A stretch of 64,000 nt of DNA. Source: Stramenopiles sp. TOSAG23-3. Its lineage: Eukaryota. Positions 44,201 through 52,700 of the stretch are shown one piece after another. The stretch lies in the NCBI GenBank assembly GCA_900128585.1, contig LT642148.1:1-64000 (forward strand), written 5' to 3'. The translations under genes and the position numbers were made by a program. The notes below the pieces were generated by a model. That model saw only the letters and a list, made by a program, of their open reading frames with translations. It did not search any database and was not told the origin of the DNA. The stretch's first letter is position 1. The number at the start of each line of letters is the position of its first letter.

Positions 44201-44474
44201 TTTGATACAAGGACAGAGCAACCTCTTCCACGGTATCGTCGCTACAAAAGTATATAAAAGAGGTCTCGGTAACTTCATGCTTAATATCAAACTCATCCAA
44301 CGGAACTGTAAACAGCAAAGTGTTATGGTACACTCTTTCCGCACTAATCAGACTATTGTCGCAATGCATCAGAGTAGCATCAAATCTAGATGATCTCGAA
44401 AGCAATTTGCCCCCACTTTCGCAGGACAGAAAAGCAAGCCCAACGAAGAGACGTATAATTCTATTCCATTCCAT
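41277..44474 (-). CDS. Secretory-pathway multidomain glycosyltransferase: GT32/DXD sugar-binding domain, TPR-like region, second DXD GT-like domain
   Basis: N-terminal hydrophobic signal; IPQVFHFVWLG, RSDIVRLELL..YGGVYIDVD, TGP.LLT; TPR-like helices; C-terminal NADIYFD, ALLRWE, SQDAW, G..GADN. First ATG at 44474. Confidence 0.85.
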   Translation of the reverse strand: MEWNRIIRLFVGLAFLSCESGGKLLSRSSRFDATLMHCDNSLISAERVYHNTLLFTVPLDEFDIKHEVTETSFIYFCSDDTVEEVALSLYQKYEASSLDISLEDLKMTLHRRKLKYDEDLRFLSGWEVWGQGVYQDSSSKYSSGFQIPQVFHFVWLGVQPLPLYAKSNIESWSRIHPFHQIEIWADADIIEGVPLENYKLFQRLTDPRARSDIVRLELLRRYGGVYIDVDITPLRKIKPIVKNVSSFAILESPDVVNNAVLAALPRLPFFQRLLRDLPAWTKLHNGRETWELTGPKLLTFAVRHFHPDMKIYPQHYFNSLHFSMQTKILKCIHHFQSLTKPGSDSPFCSSNPAENNCPICSKDGSMNQTFGFHWWSSHLTKLPTKLTFAPSGPIFSSHSKLVVRIRIAPWRGGDGDTEWTVCAQSGVEQSKKKCTGFKRMRSNVQTVQVTFPITTSGSIFIRAWICDSFNVPHSLSSVTKEFFVADDTLCQSERLYRPYWCANSSSIHKMSLDNVLLETPYRFDPALGPLQSAFIFGAESGIGIGYGFKVQIATKMHKFLASGLHDRLQTNIEMGHDLLESGNYDDALAIFTEVYNFARKTQDAVAPHTLGQLINGLLTHSRLVGNSTLFSKYLRMSMITIPGDSSALINHAIEQYKKRRYNSAAALLEKAYESGVGSSPNYQAIANLFRVYTWSYGTINNSLQRALSLGSKVLDIHETYLFVLTTFSQFELLEPDSYETIHGKLCALGLLCISEATHAPPGSSMYKMVSRLHEPSILHVTSALSVVYTRLNSSWAWLHNLFERPRNHIDRTTLPLQRKSSLPPPIVLIAEYYIPTSGYRLWEFIQVLALNLQNKYISRLHVLIESERVKTVLNKSLAQLCGTTGKCSELSKLEYYLIGKRSSFKDAVEHGQKLFGAYSYMIIANADIYFDESLGALLKQEPHRMGKYCFALLRWECTEGNPGAKSQKQFNVRTDSQDAWILPLPFEFNTSTIDFYFGKNGADNAFVQRLRDEGVHVSSPSLTLHANHLHRDNRTRTYTQFDSVVVPVSQTNSSPYVLLSYDMHL

Positions 44475-44967
44475 ATTGCCAAGTCGCTTCGTGTTTCGCA
44501 AATTAAGGCATGCCCTTCAGAAACACTGATCTTACAGAGTACCGCCTTTTTTTTACCAATTCGATTTCTTCGTCAATCTTCTCGTGCATATGTATTCTGC
44601 AACGCATACATACGCACACAACACATGCCCTCGGATTCTGTTCTTTTATCTTCTCAGTCCTTGTCGTGGTCGTGGTGCTCGGTTTGATTTCTTCATCATC
44701 GTCAAACCCATATATATGACATTATAATAATAATATATATTATTATAATGTCATATATATATACACACCAAGGTATAAAAATTTAGACGCAATAATAATA
44801 ATAATAAATAATTATAATAAAATGTATATTTTTTTTCATACGCGGGGGGAAATTTCCGGAAGAATCCTTTAAATTGGGGAAATTATGTTCGTTTGTTTGT
44901 AGATATTATTATAGTCGTTCTAATAATACATCCTTAAATAAAATGAAGAAGAAAAAAGTCGTCGTCG

Positions 44968-45018
<51 letters not shown>

Positions 45019-45186
45019 NNNNNNNNNNNNNNNNNNNNNNNNNNNNNNNNNNNNNNNNNNNNNNNNNNNNNNNNNNNNNNNNNNNNNNNNNNNNNNNNNN
45101 NNNNNNNNNNNNNNNNNNNNNNNNNNNNNNNNNNNNNNNNNNNNNNNNNNNNNNNNNNNNNNNNNNNNNNNNNNNNNNNNNNNNNN
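45019..45186. other. Assembly gap preceded by a ~49-nt poly-T
   Basis: Run of N. Confidence 1.
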
Positions 45187-45235
45187 CATCTAGATCTACT
45201 GTTTCACGCACTCTCCCGTACTCTGGCCCAAGTCG

Positions 45236-45620
45236 ACGATCGGACGCAGGGCACGTCGACGTGCAGTACAGACGACGTTCTTGGGTGTGCTGTGTCCTCG
45301 ACCTTTTGTCAATTAGCGCTTGCACCAATTACAGCTTATCAGCACGCTTTTGCCGCAGCAGGACCCGGATTTTAGGCCACGGAGACCATTTTTTGAACTG
45401 CTGAGCCGGCGCCGTCGATCCCAGCCAGCGAAGTTCCCGTAATCTTAGTTAGGACGACGATCGGACGCAGGGCAGTCGGCACGCAGTACAGACGACGTAT
45501 TTGGGCGTGCTGTGTTCTCGACCTTTTGTTAATTAGCGCTTGTACATATAACAACTTATCAGCACGCTTTTGCCGCAGCAGGATCTGTATTTTGGACCAT
45601 TGAGACCATTTTGTTAACAT
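45236..45620. repeat. Diverged ~220-bp-period direct repeat (2 copies of ~165 bp) on a short contig between gaps
   Basis: ACGATCGGACGCAGGGCA..GCAGTACAGACGACGT..CTTATCAGCACGCTTTTGCCGCAGCAGGA..GAGACCATTTT at ~45236 and ~45457. Confidence 0.9.
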
Positions 45621-45978
45621 TTGGACAATGCGCTGTGCAATGAAAAATGCCCTAGTTGGCGTGTGGTCTGATAGCCTGGCAAGCACTGGGCAGAGGTAGG
45701 GGGGTACACGAAGTAAAATGGAATAAAATTGTAAACTAAGAATGATACAAAGCGAAAAGTTCGGGATTGAAATGAGTACATGCATGGTTAACGCGTATGA
45801 AATACACTTCATTTTTATATATTTTTTAATAAATCGGACGACAGTCTTCGGGAAAAAAAAGAAAGAAAAACACCAAATAAATATTTTGTTTTTCTTCATA
45901 TTTTGGCTGCTATTAAACAAAATAATAATAACAGGTAGTATACTATTATTATATTGTTTTAAAAAAGATTTTCCTATA

Positions 45979-46145
45979 NNNNNNNNNNNNNNNNNNNNNN
46001 NNNNNNNNNNNNNNNNNNNNNNNNNNNNNNNNNNNNNNNNNNNNNNNNNNNNNNNNNNNNNNNNNNNNNNNNNNNNNNNNNNNNNNNNNNNNNNNNNNNN
46101 NNNNNNNNNNNNNNNNNNNNNNNNNNNNNNNNNNNNNNNNNNNNN
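45979..46145. other. Assembly gap
   Basis: Run of N. Confidence 1.
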
Positions 46146-46363
46146 CGCTTTCCTACTTTTTAAGAAAATACAATTTAGCTAATAGCCGCAAATAATTTTA
46201 TGGCCTTGGGACAACACCGCATTTCATCTCAAGTAAAGGAAGTTAATTTTTATGGCATAGTGTAGTTTACCAAACCGTTCTCTCTTTTCTCTCTCTCTCT
46301 CTCTCTGGCATTCCAACTCTTCCCATCAAAAGTATCATACCGAAAAGGGTTGGACCCAAATTT

Positions 46364-49300
46364 TTATGGCATAGTGTAGTTGTACATGTCTGGTTCTGGG
46401 GCAGACAGGTTCATTGGCATGCCATAATAATCAAGCTGATCGGCTGGTAGAGCCTCGGCGGTGTACCCAAAAGTATTGTTGTAACTGGCGTACTCGCACG
46501 ATCCGCACCAGTTCGTGTCGCCGGCTGGGCACACTTCGCCCTCTTCTAGGTGAGTAGCGTGAGGATCATAATTGTCCGCGTTCATGTCAGTGCAGCCGTA
46601 TACTTTTTCTGGCCATATGCAGGTCGTCCCTGCTTCATCGGCTACCATCTTGGAGTACACAAAGTCACCATTGGGGGAGTAAGTCATTCCACACTCTTCG
46701 CAGTAAGGGACAGACATTGCGGTTTCGTCACACCACGGGTCAACGACCTCGATGAACTCGCTGGTTTCCTCAGTAGCGTTGGCAGTGTAGTTGACCTCAG
46801 TCCACGTTTCCCAGGTTGTCCCATCATCCTCAACGTAAACGGTGTGGTTGTACTCAGGTACGTGCATGTCGACGGGCTCGAAGTGCGTGGTAACGATGCT
46901 TTTGAAGCTGCAGAACCCATTTCCATCATCGCTCGACGGCTTCGAGTCCCCGTCCTTCCATTGAGAGCACCAATCGCAGTTGTCTGTGCAATAGGCGTGT
47001 CCATCCCCGGGGGGAGAGCAATACATCTGCGCGGTGGTGGAAGATTGCCAATCCCAGCCGTAGTCGGTGGGGTTCCTGCACTTCTCGGCAACCTCTTCTT
47101 TCGTGGCCATGCAGGACGTCGCATCGTATTTCTGGTGATCTACGCCGTGCGGGGGTCTGAACGGCAATCCTGGGCAATCCTCCTCGCACGAGGAGGACGA
47201 GTCGAGGCACTGGCGTGTCGTCGGGCACCACACTTTCCATTGGGCAATGCAATTTTCTTTGGTCTGCTCAATGCAAGTGCGGCTGCCAGCTTGCCAGTCC
47301 CATTCCGTCAACGAAAAGCGACCGCAGTGGTCTTCGCACGCCGTGTCGTCCTTCCATTCTGTATCCTCGCCTCCAATAACGGGGTCTTCGTCGCGGTTGT
47401 ACGGGAAATTGTTTGGGCGGAGACACGTCTTTGTCAACGGGCAATAGGCTTCCGGCTGGGACTGTTCGTACGGCCCCCAGCCTCCCCAATCGTATTTGTA
47501 TTCAACATTGGCCGTTGCATCTGGGCACGCTGCGTCGCACGTTCCTGCCTCGCTGTTTGGAATATGGAAATCCACCACCTTCTCGGTCTCCTCCCACATG
47601 TAACTCACCTCATTGTGCCCCCACACCATCAACGTATCCGTACAGTCCGAGCAGTCCGCCGAGCACATTTGGCTGCCTTCGCACCAGTAGTGACCGTTGC
47701 CTTTGCACTCTTGCCTCATGTCTTTCTGTTCAACGCACGTGCCCGATTTGTTCACTGGAAGTGGCAAATGCTGAACGTTCGCGGGGGTGTACTTGTCCGT
47801 TTTGTCATCTGCGCGAACGGGTTTGTAACAATTGTGGCAATCCATTACGCACTCGCCAGTAAAAGTTCCGTCTTCCTTAGCCGTTTGGTCGTTCGGGCAC
47901 CATGCCATACCGGCCCTTACGCAGGCGTCTTTGTCGGCAACTTCGCACGTTCGTTGTGGGCGATACGTATTCGAGGCACCGTGGTCAACGTGTTTTTTCT
48001 TTGCAAGGTGGTTGTTGGAGTCTTCGTCCCATAAATGGCACTCGGAGGCGCAGTGCTGTACGTCGTACTCCACGCTCTGTTTAGCGGTTTGAATGTTACA
48101 CCGGTACATTCCAGCCCGCTGAAAGTTTGGATCAGCGGCACAGGTATTATTGCCAGATTCAATTGTCAGCGGGTCATTGTTCCAGTCTACACATTTTGTG
48201 CCGGAACAATTGGTGAATGTATCGCCAGAGGTCGGGCAGTAGTATCCCGTGGTCAGCGCCTTTGGTCGCACGCACTCTCCCGTGTCGGTGTCCCCGGCCG
48301 GCGTCCCATCGCACCAATTGCATTTGTCGACGCATTCCGTGCTCCACTGTGTTTTGCACAAGAATTTGTTGCCATCAGCTTTGCACGAGGCCTTTGTCAC
48401 CGGTCCGCACGAGGTCGCGTTGCCGTAGAAAGCATAATTGTTTGCGGAATGGAAGCGTACTCCTTGGTCGGCGCGACTCTCGCTCAGCTGCGTAAAATGG
48501 TGATTGTACATGCCGCTTGCCCCCATGTCCTTCTGGCACGCCCAGTCGGCGCACTCCTCGACGCAATCCTGGTTCAGTTCACAGAACACTTTGCCAAGTC
48601 GCCGGCAAACGTTCGGGTTTGGAATGGCGCACACATGGGTCTTTGGGTCACCGACGAGATGTGGCGTGATGGTGATGTCGATTCCCGCTATCCCGGTGCT
48701 GTTGCCACGGTGGTGGCACTCGCCGTGGCAGTGATCCACGCATTTGCGGCTTTCTGCGCAGTACATTTGCCCATTGGCGTTGCAGGTCGGGCCCGACGGG
48801 GTACCACATACCCTCACGCGCTCGGGGTGGTCGAACACCGAGGAATCCATGCAGTTGAAGCACTTGCCATCGACCACAGGGACACACGCTGTCTTCCCAG
48901 ATTTCGTGGACCTGCAGTACGCTGTCCCGTGTTCGCAACCGGGTGGTTTGTTGGATTCAACTTTTGGCATATTGTCGTTGCCTGGAAGACTATGGCACTT
49001 CTTGGTCATGTTGTTGTACAGGCAGCCCGGGTCCATCTCGCACTCTTTCCAATTCGAGTGCTCCATGCATTTCTTCTGCGTCCCATCATCGTTGCACGTG
49101 GAACATTCTGGGCAGTCTGGGTCGAATCCGGGCAGTTCGCTAGACACGTCAAACCCGGCGCAAAACTCTCCCACGGACGCGTACGTAGGGAAGAACTCTT
49201 GAAAGAAGTGAAAGTCCACGGTAATGCCGTCCGCAATGTGCATCGGGGCGTGCCCCAAATCGCTCAGTTCAATTACCGGCGCTTCGATGTCCGTCTCATG

Positions 49301-49702
49301 CCGAATCGTCAAGTCAACCGGGAACGTTGGGGATACCAGACTGTCCGTGTTCATGGATGACGTGTCGCACACGAAGAACTCCTCTTTTCCGGTCGCCTTA
49401 GATACGTCCTTGGTCATCTTTCCAGTCCCAGGGCAGCACGCCTGTGCGTCGCCAGTTGCATCAAGGCACTGGTTCGCAATGCGGTTGGCAACCTTCGTTG
49501 GAAATGTAGCCTGGCCAGAAATGGTGACTGCATCCAAGGACACGACGCCGCAGTAATCCATGCTCATGCAGATTTTTTGTTCGCCCTCCTCGTCCGCATT
49601 TTTTTCATGAATTTCAAAAAAGAGCCGAAACTCTCCTTTTTCCTTGTCCCCGAAAATTACAGAGGGCAGGCCCGTCTGTTCGTCCTTGATAAAATGACGT
49701 TT
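46364..49702 (-). CDS. Cys-rich repeat C-terminal part of the giant extracellular protein (-1 frame relative to the upstream ORF)
   Basis: The frame is open upstream of the annotated ATG (..KRHFIKDEQTGLPSVIFGDKEKGEFRLFFEIHEKNADEEGEQKIC-MSMDY); no signal peptide of its own; ~11 [YWF]C..C..C..C repeats; GCTDMNADNYDP near the end. Confidence 0.85.
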   Translation of the reverse strand, partial: KRHFIKDEQTGLPSVIFGDKEKGEFRLFFEIHEKNADEEGEQKICMSMDYCGVVSLDAVTISGQATFPTKVANRIANQCLDATGDAQACCPGTGKMTKDVSKATGKEEFFVCDTSSMNTDSLVSPTFPVDLTIRHETDIEAPVIELSDLGHAPMHIADGITVDFHFFQEFFPTYASVGEFCAGFDVSSELPGFDPDCPECSTCNDDGTQKKCMEHSNWKECEMDPGCLYNNMTKKCHSLPGNDNMPKVESNKPPGCEHGTAYCRSTKSGKTACVPVVDGKCFNCMDSSVFDHPERVRVCGTPSGPTCNANGQMYCAESRKCVDHCHGECHHRGNSTGIAGIDITITPHLVGDPKTHVCAIPNPNVCRRLGKVFCELNQDCVEECADWACQKDMGASGMYNHHFTQLSESRADQGVRFHSANNYAFYGNATSCGPVTKASCKADGNKFLCKTQWSTECVDKCNWCDGTPAGDTDTGECVRPKALTTGYYCPTSGDTFTNCSGTKCVDWNNDPLTIESGNNTCAADPNFQRAGMYRCNIQTAKQSVEYDVQHCASECHLWDEDSNNHLAKKKHVDHGASNTYRPQRTCEVADKDACVRAGMAWCPNDQTAKEDGTFTGECVMDCHNCYKPVRADDKTDKYTPANVQHLPLPVNKSGTCVEQKDMRQECKGNGHYWCEGSQMCSADCSDCTDTLMVWGHNEVSYMWEETEKVVDFHIPNSEAGTCDAACPDATANVEYKYDWGGWGPYEQSQPEAYCPLTKTCLRPNNFPYNRDEDPVIGGEDTEWKDDTACEDHCGRFSLTEWDWQAGSRTCIEQTKENCIAQWKVWCPTTRQCLDSSSSCEEDCPGLPFRPPHGVDHQKYDATSCMATKEEVAEKCRNPTDYGWDWQSSTTAQMYCSPPGDGHAYCTDNCDWCSQWKDGDSKPSSDDGNGFCSFKSIVTTHFEPVDMHVPEYNHTVYVEDDGTTWETWTEVNYTANATEETSEFIEVVDPWCDETAMSVPYCEECGMTYSPNGDFVYSKMVADEAGTTCIWPEKVYGCTDMNADNYDPHATHLEEGEVCPAGDTNWCGSCEYASYNNTFGYTAEALPADQLDYYGMPMNLSAPEPDMYNYTMP

Positions 49703-52700
49703 TCCATACCCATACCCGGCTCGTCGTACGCTTCGTCCTCATTTTGCAACAATCTGCGCCGTTCCAACCCTTTGCGTTTTCTTTTCTCCTCTTGTCTCTT
49801 TGCCTTCCTCGCAGCCTTTGCGTCCGCCTTCTTGGCTGCTGTTTTGGCCAACCTATCTGCCTTCTTGGCGTCTTTCTTGTCTTGTTTTCGTGTTTGTTCG
49901 TCTTGTTTTCGTTTAGCCTGCTTCTGTTCTTTCTTTTTGGCTTTCTCCTCCATTATCTGTTCCCGAACGTAATTATCGGGGCCGTTGACGTTATGTTGCA
50001 TTTCAACCCTCATCGGCGAGTCTTTGCACGGCTCGTGGGTGACAACAGCAGTACAGTTGGGCATCGGTCTACCGGTACACCTCACATCTTTCCTCAAGTC
50101 TGGCATTGGTTCCTCTAAATGGCCTATCCTTTTCCCTCGAGGATCGGTGTAAGGTTCAGCGGATCGAACGGGCCGGGCCGAGTCTGTCACGTCATCAAAA
50201 CTGGTATTGCCGCGCAGCCTTTGGCCTCTGGTCACACGCGTGTCGACCCTCTCGTCCTCGGACCTTGGTCTTCTCCCACTCTGCTCCTCGCGGTCCGTGT
50301 CGATTCTTGCGCGCGTGTCACGGGCTACAACCTCCCTCCTTCTCGTGTCTTCCTCTACTGTGCGCACTTCGCGTTGTCGCATTCGAGTGTCAATCTTCTC
50401 TCGGGCATTGTCGTACGCCCTTGCGTCTCTCTCTGGGATACCATCCTCTCTTCTAGTATCTCTCTCATCCTCATCCCTTCTAGTATCTCTCTCATTTTCA
50501 TCCCTTCCAGGATCCCCTCTCTCATCCCGAGCCTCGTCGCGGCGTTGCACTTGGACCCTTTCGTCCCTCCCGCTTGTTAGCGACACAGATCTCTCTGTTG
50601 CTGTCACCACCATTTCACGAGCGCAGCGGTCAACTTCTCTCTCGCATTCGTGGTATGCTTCGCACACACTAATGCACTTGGCCTCTTCTCTGCCACCGGG
50701 GGCGGTGGAGAAATAGTCCTTGGTACAGCCACCGCAGTTGCGATCGCCGTCCGCCATTGTATCAGCGCAATCATCAATTTCTCGCCCCCGCCGCTCCATG
50801 ACTCTTTCCGTGGTGTCCCTTGTGCTTTCACTTCTTTCTGATGCTTCCGATCGGGATGCGCGTTCTTGCCGGGTGTCCCTAACTGCCTCCCGAGGGTTTT
50901 CAATCCGCGGGTTCTCCCGCTCTCGCTCCTCAGGGCGACGCTCCATGTTCATCTCTCGCTCACGGAAGGTTTCGGTAACGGCTGAAGTACCTCTTTCGTT
51001 GGACATTCTGTCGACGCGCTCGTTCACCCTTGCCGTCGTGCGTTCTTGCGTCCTCGCGGTGCCTGAGCCCCTGCCCATTTCGCTAGCGCCTCTGGTCTCA
51101 CCTCGCAATTTACGCAGCCTGCGCCCGTAGTCATGCTGCTTTAAACGGCGGTATGGTGCGAGTGAATCGGGGTGGAATTGCATTTCATGCGTACGGGTGA
51201 AGTGCGCGCCCCCATCGCTTGAGGGCTTGTGCGGAAACGTTGTGTACGTACAAGGGGCCATCTTGTGGTCCATTGCTTCCAGGGACGCACCCATACCAAT
51301 AAGGGCATCGACCGCCTCGTCGACATGGTGATTTGCAACGTATGCATTATTATTCGATTCAAAGTCAGGGTAGACACTCATTGGGTCGTCGGGTTCGTGG
51401 TCCCAAGTTTCCCCCGTGAGGTATAAGTGTTCGTAATCAAACGTGGCTGGGGTGCAGGCTTGGGTGGTATCCTTGTGGCATGCCAAAGATGTGTTCGCTG
51501 CCAAGCTACCGGCGGCATCTGCCGTCTCTACGTATTCGTACATGTGGTCTACCAAGTACTCCTCTGCGGCATACATGTTCTGCTCTGCTCGAAACGACAG
51601 GGCGGCCGAGTGCTGCGTGTGGTTTGCGTGGTGGACCTCAAACTCTGCCTCGGCCAAATCGTGATTGCAGGGCTCAACGTTTTGTTGAAAAAATTCCAAT
51701 TGATCGGCAGAAGCCGTCGTTGTAAGCGCTACCTGAAAGTCAAAGCACGTTTTCTCAACCGTCTCCAAGTGTGCGACTGCTTCCACCATATGGTCCATCG
51801 CAACCTCCATTTCCTTGAACGTGTGAGTCTTGTCGCATGTTGCAGCACCGCACATCGCCGCCTTCTGCGTCGCGGCGTACTCAACGGGTGCAGCAAAGAC
51901 ATCTCCGGGTTGCGCGACGGACTCTTCCGCGTAGTACTCGGGGGTTCCCATTCCTGCGCCAAGCGCAGCTTCAAAGTTATCGTTCATCCAGTCCTGGTGA
52001 CCAACGTCGTGTGCCAGTTCCATAGCATGGGCACCGTGGGGCCCCAAGTCGAACTTGGGTGCGGCGGTGTCGATGTCGTGCATCATGTTTGGGTCGTGCT
52101 CAAATTGTGGGGGGGTCTCCATGTCCATCAATCGACGCCTGGTCTTATGGTGCGCCTTGGCAACACGCCTGGCGCGGAGGTGCGCCTTTCGGACAACGCG
52201 TAGCATTTTGCGGTGAAAGGCGTGTTTGGATAGGGCGTGGCGTTTCGCTGCAAGCAGCCTTCTCCGGGCACGAAGCCTGCGCACATGGTGTGGTCCTTCC
52301 GGTACTTGTTTGGCGATAAAATCCATGTCGCCATTGTCAATCTCGTACTGGTGAGCGGCGTTGCAATCTTCTACCATGATGCCTGTCGTAGGAGACTCGT
52401 ACAAGGTCAAATCCGCCGCTGCAACGGGGGCTACCAAGCGTCGGTACGCGTGGGCGGCAAGAAGAGGGTGGTACTTGGTCTTAACACTCCTTTTGTGCTT
52501 TTTACTGTTCTTGCTCAGGCGACGGTGCTTCTCTTTGAGTCGTCTCACCCTCCGTACCACGTCGTCGTCGTGCATTTGCATAAAATCGCCCGCCATTGGG
52601 CCCATGTGCATGGCCTCATTGCCGCCCGCGGGAGGAAGGCTCGCTGCTGCCTTGAACTCAATGTCGCCAGTGATACATTCGTGCTCCCCGCATGTCATAG

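Noticed and set aside
44874-46182. ORFs with poly-F/K/X
   Set aside because: Artefacts of poly-T and N gaps
46550-49360. Long + strand ORFs (494 and 441 aa) antisense to the Cys-rich gene
   Set aside because: Shadow ORFs expected from GC-rich codon bias on the coding strand; non-ATG starts and no recognisable motifs
49660-49720. Intron as the explanation for the frame break
   Set aside because: GTATGG donors are phase 1 while nearby CAG/AAG acceptors are phase 0. Phase-compatible options are 14-23 nt or lack a pyrimidine tract. Not formally excluded without RNA data
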